Origin: a virus
Virus record (IMG/VR): IMGVR_UViG_3300032214_001486
Coordinates: 1-64,000 of that record
Direction: 5' to 3' (one strand)
DNA length: 64,000 nucleotides
Below the pieces are notes generated by a model, which saw nothing but the letters and a program-made list of their open reading frames with translations, was not told where the DNA came from and ran no database searches. Positions 39,639 through 49,795 of this stretch are shown here, one piece after another. Numbering within the stretch: the stretch's first letter is position 1; the number at the start of each line of letters is the position of its first letter. A program made the position numbers and the translations under genes.

Positions 39639-40364
39639 GTATGAGCAGGGCGTGGACGGATCAACCGATTGATCACAGCGGCTTAGAATTCACACCCGAT
39701 CAGATGATTTGGGTAAAGGAGGCGCAAGCCTACTACACCCAGGTTTTCATTCACGACGAGGCCGGGACTGAAACGGTCGCAGAGTTAGGCGAAAGGGTGC
39801 GGGCTACGGTGCCCATTGAGCTAACGTGCGGCGACTACTACTTAGGTCGGTTCGGGTTTTTGGGGCAACAGGTCTACTTGTTAGGTGGTGTACCTACGGT
39901 GGGCTCTTTGTCCCCATGCTCAGTTTGCGGCGAGCCGCAGACGTTTGAGCGAAACAGTCAAAAGTATTGTGTCCCCTGCGGGGGTTATGTAGGGGGAAAT
40001 GATGGAGGCTGACAACACACGGTATCCCATTCGTCCGGCAAAGCTGGTGACCATCCTCTCGGATGGCGGGTACTCTCCGACCCAAGTGAGCCAGATGTTA
40101 GGGGGCCGCATCAGTTTTCGCGCCCTCTACAGGTGGCGAAACGAGGAGGCCATGCCCCAGCGGTATGCTGATTATGTGGATGTTTTGCAGTTAGCTACCG
40201 GCTTAGGTCTGCTCGGCGCGCTGCCTGAGCAGGCAGAAACCGAGGAACAGCCGGTGTTCCCGGCGTTGGCCCCTGAACCCGATGTAGATGACGCAGATAC
40301 AGCCTCCGCAGAAACAGACCCCTATGCGCTCGACGTGGACGGGGACAGCGACGGCGAAGAATAA
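39635..40364 (+). CDS. Zn-ribbon protein (39635-40012) and HTH protein with an acidic tail (39999-40364)
   Basis: CSVC..CVPC; SPTQVSQMLG..SFRALYRW; ends DGEE. Confidence 0.6.
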
Positions 40365-40446
40365 CAGCCCCTTGACGAACGACAAAGGGTAAGCTAAGGG
40401 GGGACAGCTTTGCGTACCCCCCACAACACAAGGAAATGAGTGAAAA

Positions 40447-42267
40447 ATGCTGTTCATTGAACGGGTGATTGGTAACGTCAAGGGCGGCGCCGATGTGAAG
40501 ATCGGCCGCTGCACGCTGATCTCTGGCCCAAACGGGTCGGGGAAGTCCACCGTGGTCAATATCATTGAGCTTGCCTTGATGGGCTATGCCTCCGATATTG
40601 TCGGCCGCCCCGAGGTACGCAAAGGGGTAGACCTGATCACGCTGGCGCCGGAAGGCGAGGCCCTAAAGGCCGAGGTCTACACGACCGAGAACGACCGGGC
40701 ACACTTCACCATCGAGCGGAACGGCCCCGGCAAAACGAAGGAAGCCGAGCATGTGGGCCTTGCGGATATTGCCGTGGTGTGGCCCATTCGGGAGGCGGTT
40801 ACCGCGCTGCGCGGGTCAACCGCCACGGCGCGGTCCTTTGTGCTGCGCCACGGCGGGTTGAGCGTAGCTGAGGACAGCATTTTGGCCCGGTTTGGCGACG
40901 AGCAGACCCGGACCCTGTATCAGACCCTTGCGGCCGGCGTGGTGGCCCAGGCAAAGACCGATCTCGACACGGTGGACGTGCTTTTGGGCGTACAGGACGC
41001 CGCGAAGGTGGCAGAACGGACGATCAAGGCCAAGGCCAAGGGCGCAAAAGAGATCATCGACCAGACCAGCGCGACGCTGACGGTTGATTTTGCACCCGAG
41101 GCAGAAAAGGAAGCCGAGGACAAGATCAACGCCTTGAACGAAAAGTTGGCGAACCTGCGCGTTGCTCGCAAGCCCCCGCCGGCTAAGCCTGCGGGTCTGA
41201 GCAAGGCTACGTTTGAGGCCAAAATCAACGCTTTGGTGGATACGATCAACAAGGGGGAACAGCACCTTGCCGACGTGGCCGGGCAGTACCAGAAGTTGAG
41301 CGAGGATTTGGCTAATCCTGGCTTGACCACCCCGCCGGCCCGCACCATCGACCCGGCGCAGGTCGAGGGGGTCATCGCCGCGGACGGAACCTATGCCTTC
41401 CACCAGCAGCACGCGGAATTGGCCCATTGTATTGTGTGCTGGCAGCCCTGGCAGCCGGGGAGCGAGGTTTTGGCCGCCCGGCGTCAGACCATTTCCGGTC
41501 TGCTGACTGCGTACCGCGAGCAAGAACAGAAGATTAGTGATCAGGCGAGTTGGGTCCAGACCGCCAACACCCGGATGCAAGAGCTTATGCGGCAGGGAAA
41601 CACCCTGCACCAGATGAACGTAGCCAATCGAGCCGCGGCGGAAGCCTTCGCAGCGCAGTACCAAGCTGCGGGCGAGGAAGAACAAGAGCAGCCCGTTGAC
41701 TTTTCCGAGATCGACCGGCAGATCAACGAAGTTATGACACAATTGGCTGATGCCCGTAAGGGGCTGACGGAAATTCAGCAGACCCGCGCGAGTTGGGCCC
41801 TGGTACGCAAGGCACAGAAGCAAATCATCGAAGCCAAGCGGGAGTCCGAGGCTGCGAAGAATTTGGCCGAGGAGGCGGGTTCTGTCGCCGATGCTCTGCT
41901 CTCGCAGGGTCGCGCCGGGTTTGTTAGCCGGGTTCAAGCCTTCCTGCCGCCGGACGATGAATTCGACGTGGTGCTCAAAGACGGCAAGCGTTCCGTCTGT
42001 ATGTTTGGGTTCCGGCGAAACGGGGTGCTGCACACGGCGTTGTCGGGCGCGGAATGGGCCCGGCTGACGATTGCGTTGGGCGCCGCCATCATCCCCACCG
42101 AAGGGCGGGTACTGGCTATTCTTACACCCGAAGAACGGGCGTTTGACGCCGATACGCTGGGCGAAGTCATGGAAGCCTTGAAAGCAGCCCCCGGCCAAGT
42201 TATCCTCACCTCGCCAGTAGAGCCCCCGAGCCCGATTGAGGGCTGGACGATGCTTAGACGCGGGTAG
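40447..42267 (+). CDS. Rad50/SbcC-like ATPase
   Basis: GPNGSGKS, long coiled coils, central CIVC hook, LSGAE signature. Confidence 0.8.
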   Translation: MLFIERVIGNVKGGADVKIGRCTLISGPNGSGKSTVVNIIELALMGYASDIVGRPEVRKGVDLITLAPEGEALKAEVYTTENDRAHFTIERNGPGKTKEAEHVGLADIAVVWPIREAVTALRGSTATARSFVLRHGGLSVAEDSILARFGDEQTRTLYQTLAAGVVAQAKTDLDTVDVLLGVQDAAKVAERTIKAKAKGAKEIIDQTSATLTVDFAPEAEKEAEDKINALNEKLANLRVARKPPPAKPAGLSKATFEAKINALVDTINKGEQHLADVAGQYQKLSEDLANPGLTTPPARTIDPAQVEGVIAADGTYAFHQQHAELAHCIVCWQPWQPGSEVLAARRQTISGLLTAYREQEQKISDQASWVQTANTRMQELMRQGNTLHQMNVANRAAAEAFAAQYQAAGEEEQEQPVDFSEIDRQINEVMTQLADARKGLTEIQQTRASWALVRKAQKQIIEAKRESEAAKNLAEEAGSVADALLSQGRAGFVSRVQAFLPPDDEFDVVLKDGKRSVCMFGFRRNGVLHTALSGAEWARLTIALGAAIIPTEGRVLAILTPEERAFDADTLGEVMEALKAAPGQVILTSPVEPPSPIEGWTMLRRG

Positions 42268-42278
42268 AGGATTGTGGG

Positions 42279-42587
42279 ATGGATACGCTTGACGCGCTTA
42301 GGTTGATCGGAATTTACAGACTAAGCGAGTCAGGCCGCGAAGATACCGCGATACTGCGCCTTCGGGATTTAATCTTAGAGAGCGTAGAAGATCAGCGCAC
42401 CGACGCCATTGAGGGGATAGACCTAAGCCGTCTATCCCCTCCGATTTTGTTTTGGCTATTGGCTTTCCTGCCCAGCGTAGGGTTAAAACGGAATGTCATC
42501 TATGCACGGGTCCAGGGGCAGGTATTGAATTTCCCCCGCCCCCGCCGTGTCCTCCCCTTCACCCTCGCCGTCGTTCCCGCCCCCTAA
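42279..42587 (+). CDS. Hypothetical protein
   Basis: GAGG RBS. Confidence 0.5.
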   Translation: MDTLDALRLIGIYRLSESGREDTAILRLRDLILESVEDQRTDAIEGIDLSRLSPPILFWLLAFLPSVGLKRNVIYARVQGQVLNFPRPRRVLPFTLAVVPAP

Positions 42588-43031
42588 CCGCCAGCCGCAG
42601 ACGGCGTGCTCGGCCCACCAGCGATCTGTTTTCAGCACGCGGAGCGCCCACAGGACCGCCCCCCGGCTCCGGTAGCCCCCGCCCTCGCCGTTCGCGCTCC
42701 GCACGAGCCTAACCCCGTCCTCCCAACGCAAGCCAAAACGGGAGGATTTGTAGCGGGCACCACAAACGCAGTTATCCCCGTCCACCCAAGGTCCGGGCGA
42801 ACGGGGCAAAGGCAGCAGCGCGTTAACGCTGCCCCGGCGGCCTAAACGGGAAGCCACATCGCCAGAAACAAAAGAGCCATGAAAAGGGCCACCCCGGCCG
42901 CGTCCTGCACGTCTTTCACGCTCACGCTCACTCCCTGGCCCGGTGGGCCCCGGCCCGGCGGGGGATTGCCGAGCGACAACACCCACCTATCAAGCCCCCG
43001 CTGACCTGTCAAGGGGGGAAGGTAAAAGAAC

Positions 43032-43466
43032 ATGAGCGCCCCCGCAAAACAGCGTCGGCAAGCAGCTTTTGAGGCCCTGGTCCGCAAGCGGGTCACGCAG
43101 GCGGGCGCGGCCTTCCCCGACTTGCCGCTGCGCGTGTCGGTGTCGCTGGGCGATCCCGCGGAATTTCCAGAAGATCGTAACTACGCATATTCTGCCTGGG
43201 ACGGGGACTCAGCTTCTATCGTTTTCTCGCCAAAGGTGCTCGACGCGGACGCGGAGCAGCAGGACGCGCTATTGCGGCATGAATTGTCGCACGCGGTTTT
43301 GCAGCACGCCGGGCTCCCCCACAGCGAAAGGGACTGCGACGACGCAGCAGAGCGTATTTTTGGTGACCCTCTGTATTATGATCACCGGGACGTGCAGACC
43401 TTGAACCCCCGCGCCCCCGGCGCCCGCCGGCCGCGGCCCGCCTATCTGCCGACAGGGGAGGAATAA
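43032..43466 (+). CDS. Zincin-like metallopeptidase
   Basis: LLRHELSH...E..CD. Confidence 0.7.
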   Translation: MSAPAKQRRQAAFEALVRKRVTQAGAAFPDLPLRVSVSLGDPAEFPEDRNYAYSAWDGDSASIVFSPKVLDADAEQQDALLRHELSHAVLQHAGLPHSERDCDDAAERIFGDPLYYDHRDVQTLNPRAPGARRPRPAYLPTGEE

Positions 43467-43927
43467 TGGTAATTGATCGGGATAGCGATGCGGGCGCTGC
43501 CGCGGGGAGCCTGGGCGGCCTGGGCGGCCTCGACACCCTGGGCGGCATTGAGCCTAACCTTGACTTTTTGGGCGCGGAGCCTGACAGCGCGGAGCCCCGG
43601 CCCGCGGAGCCTGTCTACGCCCTTGTGCAGCATGGGCCTTGCCCTGCCGTTGGTGTACCCGTGGGGGAGAGATACCGGAATTATCTCTTTCCGCAGGCTG
43701 TCTGCGCCGATCTGAGGCTTAGGGGGCAAGTGGGGGAGATCAAGTATGGGCACGGGCTGACCGTGGGCTGGAACGCAGCAGACACCGCGCTATATCAGGA
43801 AATTTTGGACGGCTGCCAGTATGCAGTCGCGGGGCAACGGGTTATCCTCGCCCACGTCTTAGCGTGGCTGGCTTTTTGGCTTCGATTTAGCCTGCACCAC
43901 GCTTGGCTTAGGGGGAACGGTGGGTAG
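43466..43927 (+). CDS. Hypothetical protein coupled to the recombinase
   Basis: TAATG coupling; overlaps the recombinase start. Confidence 0.55.
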   Translation: MVIDRDSDAGAAAGSLGGLGGLDTLGGIEPNLDFLGAEPDSAEPRPAEPVYALVQHGPCPAVGVPVGERYRNYLFPQAVCADLRLRGQVGEIKYGHGLTVGWNAADTALYQEILDGCQYAVAGQRVILAHVLAWLAFWLRFSLHHAWLRGNGG

Positions 43928-44753
43928 TGACGGCGAAAAGTTGGCCGGTTTTGACGATTATCTCAGGGACCGCGGGTTGAGCGCAAACACCCGCCGCAGC
44001 TACTTAAACGTAGCCATTCAAGCGGGGCAAGAACCAGAGGCGACGCTGCGCTGGTATACCGGCTTGCTTGCGAAACGGGCGCCCATCGGCACAGTCCAGC
44101 AGGCTCGCTCTGCGCTGGCCCGCTGGTACACCTACCTTAAACAGCCCGAGCACATCGTCGCTCTGCCCCCAGCCCGCGGCAAACAGCGGGAGCATCGCCA
44201 AGGGCTCACCGATGGTCAGTTAGGGCTATATTTATCGGAAGCAGACAAGCAAAAAGAGCCTGCGCGCACCATTCTCGCTCTACTGCCCCGGACGGGGTTG
44301 CGTATCTCAGAGATATGCCAATTGCGGTTAGATCAAGTCAAAAGTACCGAGGAAGTTCACTACTTTAGCTTCCGAGGCAAGGGGGATAAGCCGCGCGTTG
44401 TGCCGCTCGGGGCAGAAGGCTTAGCCGTGCTGCGGGCTTACCTTGACTGGCGGGCCAAGCGAAAAGCCCTCGCCGCGTCGCCCTTCCTGTTTCCCGGCCG
44501 CGGAGGCTCGCACTACCGGCCCAATACCATCCGTAGGGTCTGCGCAGATATTCAGCAGGGTTGTCCTGACCTTGATGGTCTGTCCCCTCACGTTCTGCGC
44601 CACACTTACGCCACCAGGGCCGTTGTCAACGGGGTCGATTTGGCCCGCCTCCAAAAACTTTTGGGTCACGGCTCTATCCGTACCACTGAGCGTTACTTGC
44701 ACCCGACCGTGCAAGACCTCTCGGCGGCGGTTACAAAGGTCGCGGGACTTTGA
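43920..44753 (+). CDS. XerC/XerD-like tyrosine recombinase
   Basis: TGLRISE, GKGDKPR, PHVLRHTYAT, LLGH, TTERY; 277 aa with no N-terminal arm-binding domain. Confidence 0.93.
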   Translation: MGSDGEKLAGFDDYLRDRGLSANTRRSYLNVAIQAGQEPEATLRWYTGLLAKRAPIGTVQQARSALARWYTYLKQPEHIVALPPARGKQREHRQGLTDGQLGLYLSEADKQKEPARTILALLPRTGLRISEICQLRLDQVKSTEEVHYFSFRGKGDKPRVVPLGAEGLAVLRAYLDWRAKRKALAASPFLFPGRGGSHYRPNTIRRVCADIQQGCPDLDGLSPHVLRHTYATRAVVNGVDLARLQKLLGHGSIRTTERYLHPTVQDLSAAVTKVAGL

Positions 44754-44768
44754 TTAGAGGGGGGTAAT

Positions 44769-45554
44769 ATGTCAAAGGCAGAAAAGGTACGCGCTCTATT
44801 CCGCACCGCGGCTGATTTTGGGGCGACTGAGAATGAGCGGCAGGTAGCGGAACGCTTTGCGTGGGAGCTACTGCGAAAGGACGAAAGCCTAATCCAAGAA
44901 ATTGCGGCCTCTGTGTTGCAGGAGGCCCAAGATCAGGGGCGGGAGCCTCAGTGGCCCTCACCGTTGTTCTTCGACGTGTGGACCCGTACCCAGCAGGCCA
45001 AGGCGGCCCAGGCATCCGAGGCCCGCCGGCAGGAGCAGGAGCGCAAGCAAGCTGGCGCCCGCGCTCGCGCACAAGCTGCCGCTGACGCTCGCGCGGCGGG
45101 GTTGCGGGCTGCCGCGGCGGCTGCTGCTGCCTCCGCTGCCGCTGCCGCTGGGCCCCCGCCGGGTTGGGTGCCGCCGGGTCTGCCGCCGGGGCCGCCGCCG
45201 GGCCCACCACCGGGACCGCCGCCGGGTTGGGTGCCGCCGGGTTGGGCTCCGCCGGGTTGGGCCCCGCCGCCTGCTGAAAATCGGTGGGAGCGGCTGAAGA
45301 ACGTGGCCGCGGAATGGATCGGGGACACCTTAGAGGAAGTCGCGGACGGGCTCAACCTTGTCGAGCAGATCAACGAGGAAGTAAACGTCAGGATTTCCGA
45401 CACAAGCAAAACGGTGACCGTCAAAGTCACCTTCCCCGTTGAATTGGTGCGGGAAATCTACGAAGAACATGGAAATTTAGATGAATTCTCCCGGCTTGTC
45501 GGGGTGAAGATGGGCGAGGATCTGGCCCAGGCTTTCCGCGACTCGGGGTACTGA
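44769..45554 (+). CDS. Protein with a DUF2786-like N-terminus and PPG/WxPPG repeats
   Basis: EKVRAL...ATENERQVA; (PPG)n. Confidence 0.6.
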   Translation: MSKAEKVRALFRTAADFGATENERQVAERFAWELLRKDESLIQEIAASVLQEAQDQGREPQWPSPLFFDVWTRTQQAKAAQASEARRQEQERKQAGARARAQAAADARAAGLRAAAAAAAASAAAAAGPPPGWVPPGLPPGPPPGPPPGPPPGWVPPGWAPPGWAPPPAENRWERLKNVAAEWIGDTLEEVADGLNLVEQINEEVNVRISDTSKTVTVKVTFPVELVREIYEEHGNLDEFSRLVGVKMGEDLAQAFRDSGY

Positions 45555-45583
45555 CCAAAATGTAACCGACGTGTCATCGGGGG

Positions 45584-45937
45584 TTATGGCGGGGTGTCGC
45601 CGGTCGAGTTGACAAATTGAATGGACAAGATCGGCGTACCCGCCCCGTTGTTTTTGACCCGCATGACGATAGAGCTAATGCCCCCAAAACGTCCACAGGG
45701 GCGATACTTTGCCGTGCCAATTCTCAGCGTGACAGCCGAGCCGGGAGGCACGATGACAGAATTTGCAGTCGTAAGCGCCGTGGCGGTGCTCACAAAGCCA
45801 AAGAGGGCCGAGTTTGTACCGTCCTCGTTGTAAACAATGACGGTGTGGCAGTTGTCCGAGGGTTGTGTCCCCACGGTCGCGGTTGCCGCCCCCGTTGTGA
45901 CTTCAACCGTATCCATCAGGTTCGTACTTAAAGCCAT
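45584..45937 (-). CDS. Probable virion structural (beta-rich) protein
   Basis: T/G/A/V-rich; GAGG RBS. Confidence 0.5.
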   Translation of the reverse strand: MALSTNLMDTVEVTTGAATATVGTQPSDNCHTVIVYNEDGTNSALFGFVSTATALTTANSVIVPPGSAVTLRIGTAKYRPCGRFGGISSIVMRVKNNGAGTPILSIQFVNSTGDTPP

Positions 45938-45992
45938 GTTGAGCCCTCGACGGGAGAATGATAGGCATAGCACACCCTTGGAGGCCGCCGCT

Positions 45993-46442
45993 ATGCACAA
46001 CGAAGATCAAAAAGTCGGTCAAGGCTCCGAGGGCGTTCTCGGGGCGACCCGCAAGCCAATGTATCACGGGGGACTAAAAGAGCGCAAGGGCAAGGTTTTC
46101 CCGGCTAAGACCCTGGAACAAATGCGTACCGACCTTGATCTGACCGTGGAGGACTTCGCGCGCCTGCTCGGGTTGAGCTTCATGGCGGTCTACAATTGGG
46201 AACGGGGCGGCGGCATGGTGGAGGTGTCCGACCTTCAATCCCGCATCCTGACCGCCCTTAATCACATGACCGTGGCGCACCCGGACCTGTATTGGGCCGA
46301 CGACGTGAGCAAGGCTGTGGTCAATCAGGGCGGTCTGTACGGGCTCTACAAGCTGTTGACGCACTACTACCGCTCCCTCGCCCAGCAGCAAGCCCAGCGT
46401 CGGGCCGCCCAGGCGCAAGCCGCCCTCGCGGACGCCCCGTAA
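45993..46442 (+). CDS. XRE-family HTH regulator
   Basis: MRTDLDLTVEDFARLLGLSFMAVYNWERG. Confidence 0.8.
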   Translation: MHNEDQKVGQGSEGVLGATRKPMYHGGLKERKGKVFPAKTLEQMRTDLDLTVEDFARLLGLSFMAVYNWERGGGMVEVSDLQSRILTALNHMTVAHPDLYWADDVSKAVVNQGGLYGLYKLLTHYYRSLAQQQAQRRAAQAQAALADAP

Positions 46443-46556
46443 GCCACGTAAGCCCTTGATTTCATGGGTTTTTCGATATGATCGGGGCTTGAACGGTGCG
46501 TGCTGCCGGCGCGGTGTGCGCCGACGCTCGGGCGCTGCGTTCACACCCCGATCATC

Positions 46557-46591
46557 GTGTATGGCGATAATGTACCCTTATCACCACACAC
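46557..46591. other. lox/dif-like tyrosine-recombinase core site
   Basis: GTGTATGGCGATAA-TGTACCC-TTATCACCACACAC; 14-bp arms match at 12/14. Confidence 0.65.
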
Positions 46592-46752
46592 CAGAATAGG
46601 CTGCTGGACGCTATTCTCGCACTTTCGATCCGTGATCGGGGCTTGAACGGGGCCGCCCTGCTCAGCCGGCGTGCGCGGTGTGCTGGGCGCGGTTATGCGC
46701 TCGGGTCAAGGCCCAACGTACAGAGCGTTCAAGACCCGATCATGGTGCAATT

Positions 46753-47154
46753 ATGCCAAAGAAGAAGCCCTCAGCCACCACGTCGGCCACCACGTCGGCC
46801 ACCACGCCAGAGAACAATCCGGGGGCGTGGGTGCTACGGGCCCCAGACTGGACCGGGGATGCGGAGGCGATCCGAGCGGACGGGTTGATCGTGGACGTGC
46901 GGGAGCGCGGGGCTCAGCTTACGCTTAAATCCCCCCTCGGGGACGTTGTACCCTTGACCCCTAAAGACGTAGCCGGGTTGGAGGCTTGGTTAGGGGGGCC
47001 TTTCGAGCCTTTGTTCCCCCCGGATATATCTACCCCCTGCTTCTACATTCCAGCGAAATACTACACGTCCTCCGCGCAGCTACGGGCCAAGTTAGATCAG
47101 CTTATGCCTGCCCCCCTTCGGGTGTGGGTAGCAGGCCGCGCCTGGGGTGCGTAG
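46753..47154 (+). CDS. Hypothetical protein flanked by 22-bp direct repeats
   Basis: AGCGTTCAAGACCCGATCATGG at 46724 and 47175. Confidence 0.6.
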   Translation: MPKKKPSATTSATTSATTPENNPGAWVLRAPDWTGDAEAIRADGLIVDVRERGAQLTLKSPLGDVVPLTPKDVAGLEAWLGGPFEPLFPPDISTPCFYIPAKYYTSSAQLRAKLDQLMPAPLRVWVAGRAWGA

Positions 47155-47200
47155 CCGGGCGTAGCCGGGTGCGTAGCGTTCAAGACCCGATCATGGGGAA

Positions 47201-47239
47201 GTCAGCCAAAATGAGCCACGAAAGCCCACTTTGGCTGAC
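47201..47239. terminator. Hairpin between convergent gene blocks
   Basis: GTCAGCCAAA/TTTGGCTGAC. Confidence 0.5.
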
Positions 47240-47248
47240 CGTGCCCAT

Positions 47249-47671
47249 TCACTGACCAAAGTAGAAGCCGACCGCCGTGGTAAACGCGCCAATGAGCGCG
47301 GTGACTGCGGGGATCACAATGCTGCGTACCCGTAGCTCCGTGAGTTGGGCCCCGCGGGCTTCCCGCTGCTCGTCGAGCTTGATCCTGCGCTCCTCTAAAT
47401 CGTTCCGCCGCCGTTCCTGCTCAGCCATGCGCTCCAATGCCTCCGTTGTCCGCTCCATCAGCGGTTTGAGGCTCAGCAGATTTTCCGCGGTACGTTCCTC
47501 CGCGCTGCGGCTCGCTGCCATGCTTTCGACCACTTCGCGGACAAGGGCGGTCCACGCTTCCTCGACTGATAGCTGGTCGATATGCCCCTGCAAGAGCTTT
47601 GTTTCTTCTGGAAACGCAGGTTTCATGCGTTCCAGAATGAGCGCCACGTCCACGGCTTTCATGCGGGTCAT
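47249..47671 (-). CDS. Coiled-coil protein with a C-terminal TM segment (holin-like position)
   Basis: Hydrophobic C-terminus; coupled to the endolysin-like gene. Confidence 0.55.
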   Translation of the reverse strand: MTRMKAVDVALILERMKPAFPEETKLLQGHIDQLSVEEAWTALVREVVESMAASRSAEERTAENLLSLKPLMERTTEALERMAEQERRRNDLEERRIKLDEQREARGAQLTELRVRSIVIPAVTALIGAFTTAVGFYFGQ

Positions 47672-48255
47672 GCGCGCTCCCCGACAAGCAGCGTGTACGA
47701 AAACGATTTCCAGCCTCGCTTGGCTGTTTGTTGCCGGCAAAGACTCAGGAAGTGTTCAAATTCCGCGTCCTGCGCCCACACTTGGCAGCCGGCTGACCAT
47801 TTATCGACGTTGGTGGAATTCGTACCCGCCCGGTGAAGGTTAATGCCGAATAGACCTGTCTCTGTTTGTCTCGCGTTCATATCGTGCTGGTTGTCTTTGT
47901 CGGCGTCCCGGTATACCGTCACGGGTTTGACCTGTACCAAAGCTGGCTTTTCGCCCTTGTGTAGACCCAATTGCCAGCAGCCCCGATACTGACCTTCCTT
48001 TAGAATGGCGGTCCCCGCAACCCGTCCAGGGTTCTGTAGCCAGAACGTGCCGGGGTCCGTCGTGATGGTGTAACGGTAGACCTTCCACGTCCCGCTGTCA
48101 TCGCGGTATACTACATAGCAGCAGTCGTCAAACTTGTTTGGCTCCCCGTTCTCTTTGCGGAAACCGACGATATTCAAGTCCCAATTTCCGTTGCGGAACG
48201 CCGTGAAACCTTCACGTTCGACACGGGCTAACACTTGCTCGGCTGTCAAGGGCAT
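47668..48255 (-). CDS. Putative endolysin, YkuD/L,D-transpeptidase-like
   Basis: TTDPG, GINLH, WSAGCQV (His/Cys catalytic pattern). Confidence 0.7.
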   Translation of the reverse strand: MPLTAEQVLARVEREGFTAFRNGNWDLNIVGFRKENGEPNKFDDCCYVVYRDDSGTWKVYRYTITTDPGTFWLQNPGRVAGTAILKEGQYRGCWQLGLHKGEKPALVQVKPVTVYRDADKDNQHDMNARQTETGLFGINLHRAGTNSTNVDKWSAGCQVWAQDAEFEHFLSLCRQQTAKRGWKSFSYTLLVGERA

Positions 48256-48342
48256 ATTACACCTCGCCTGATGGGGTTGTGACGCCCGAGAGTGTACCCC
48301 AAATGCTCGCCCCCAGGCAAGGGCGGCAGAGGCGCGAGGACA

Positions 48343-48825
48343 ATGAACATGACCACGGTATTTTGGGTCGCTTTGATTATCGGCGTCACCGCGGGCGGCG
48401 CGACCGGCTTTAGCGTAGGCAAGCACCGCGGGAAGGTGGAGGCAGAAGCCGATCTTGCAGCGGCGACTGCAAACGCAGCGCAGATTGCCAAGGCGGTTGA
48501 AGGCAATACACTGGCAATTGCGGGGCTCACAGAAGCGGCGCAGAAGCCCGTCGTGCTCGACGCGGAAACGCGGGCGGCCCTTGCATCGGACGTTCCTACG
48601 GGCTGCCGGGATGAAAAAAGCAGCCTCAGCGCCGCTTGTCTCACCGCTCAATGCTGGCGTTTTCAGCAGGGCAACGGCGGTCGGTCAGACGCAAAGACGT
48701 GTGCAGAATTGGCCGATGACGCCCGTATTCATGCCTGGGTCCAGCTTTGCGCGCAGCCTGACCGGGCGGGCCCCGATTGGGATTGTGTCGCCGCGGGCAT
48801 AAAAGCAGCGCGGGAACAGGACTAA
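48343..48825 (+). CDS. Membrane-anchored or exported Cys-rich protein (possibly spanin-like)
   Basis: N-terminal TM segment, Ala-rich helix, six Cys. Confidence 0.5.
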   Translation: MNMTTVFWVALIIGVTAGGATGFSVGKHRGKVEAEADLAAATANAAQIAKAVEGNTLAIAGLTEAAQKPVVLDAETRAALASDVPTGCRDEKSSLSAACLTAQCWRFQQGNGGRSDAKTCAELADDARIHAWVQLCAQPDRAGPDWDCVAAGIKAAREQD

Positions 48826-48880
48826 CCCTGCCCCCGCGCCCTTGCCGCGGCTGTCCACCGTGGGTTGCCGCCGGCCGCCC

Positions 48881-49762
48881 TCAGTCCCGGTAGACCTTTT
48901 CACCCCGCTTGGGCTTGTAGTCGTCATCGACCTGATAGTAACGGCCGATCTTGTATTCTTCGCCGTCATCGGTCATTTTGATCACGGTGCCGGAGAAGTA
49001 GCTATCGCCGTTATGGCCGTTCCAGTCGCGGCCCATCCCTGAACCGGACAGCCGCATAAAATCGCTCAGGTGCATGTACTCGTTCTTGTACTTCACCCAC
49101 CCGTCCGCCTTGGCGTCATCGTCCAGCCAGTCATAGGCAGCGAGCACCTTTTTCGGGACTTCGTAATCATACAGAAACGGCTTAAACTTGCCGTCGCTCG
49201 ATACTACAATAGCCATCGTGGGCCTTCCTTTGCACCTTAGCGCCTTAGTAGCCGTGGGCGGCTTCTTCTAACTGACGCACAATATCTCGGGCCAATTCGT
49301 CAGAATTGCTGCTCGACTCGACCTCGACCACCGCCCAATGCGGATACAGGTAGGCGCCTCCCGTGAACGAATTGTCCCCGGTCTGGAAACTCCACGACTT
49401 CCGGCCCTTGCCGTCCGCGCCCACCGTTAGGGTGATCGCACCCTCCCCGTAGCCGCGAACGTCCTTTTTGACCTCTTTGATCAGGTCGGCAAGGTTGGAA
49501 ATTGCGGGGAACACCATTTTGCCTTTCGCCATTGCGGGCCTTCCTTTGCGCCTTAGCGCAGCTTTTTGGCTACAACGTAGCCCAGGGTGTAGAGCAGGGT
49601 CCGGGTGACCATCGGCTGATTATTCAGCACCGGGATTTTGCGGGTCGCTTGCGCGAGCCCGAACCCGACCAGGGCCACCAGGGCCAATTCAGGCAACGGG
49701 GGCAGGTATTTTGTGACGGCAGACAAGGGGCCTCCGGGGATAGACAGAGAAAGCCCGCTCAC
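48881..49762 (-). CDS. Three small genes (48881-49216, 49245-49532, 49553-49762)
   Basis: The first two share a duplicated leader CTAAGG(C/T)GCAAAGGAAGGCCC. Confidence 0.65.
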
Positions 49763-49795
49763 GTTACCGCAAGCGGGCTCTGCCCGTCAACCCCC

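Larger units (their letters stand above)
46478..47196. repeat. Five copies of the 18-bp motif ATGATCGGG(G/T)CTTGAACG
   Basis: +46478, -46538, +46632, -46726, -47177. Confidence 0.85.

Noticed and set aside
40816-42198. Long antisense ORFs (also 27238-28314, 29368-30309, 1864-2813)
   Set aside because: Shadow frames of GC3-biased real genes, with no motifs or RBS.
43920-44753. Integron integrase
   Set aside because: Too short, with no obvious IntI-specific insertion; nearby palindromes do not fit RYYYAAC/GTTRRRY exactly.
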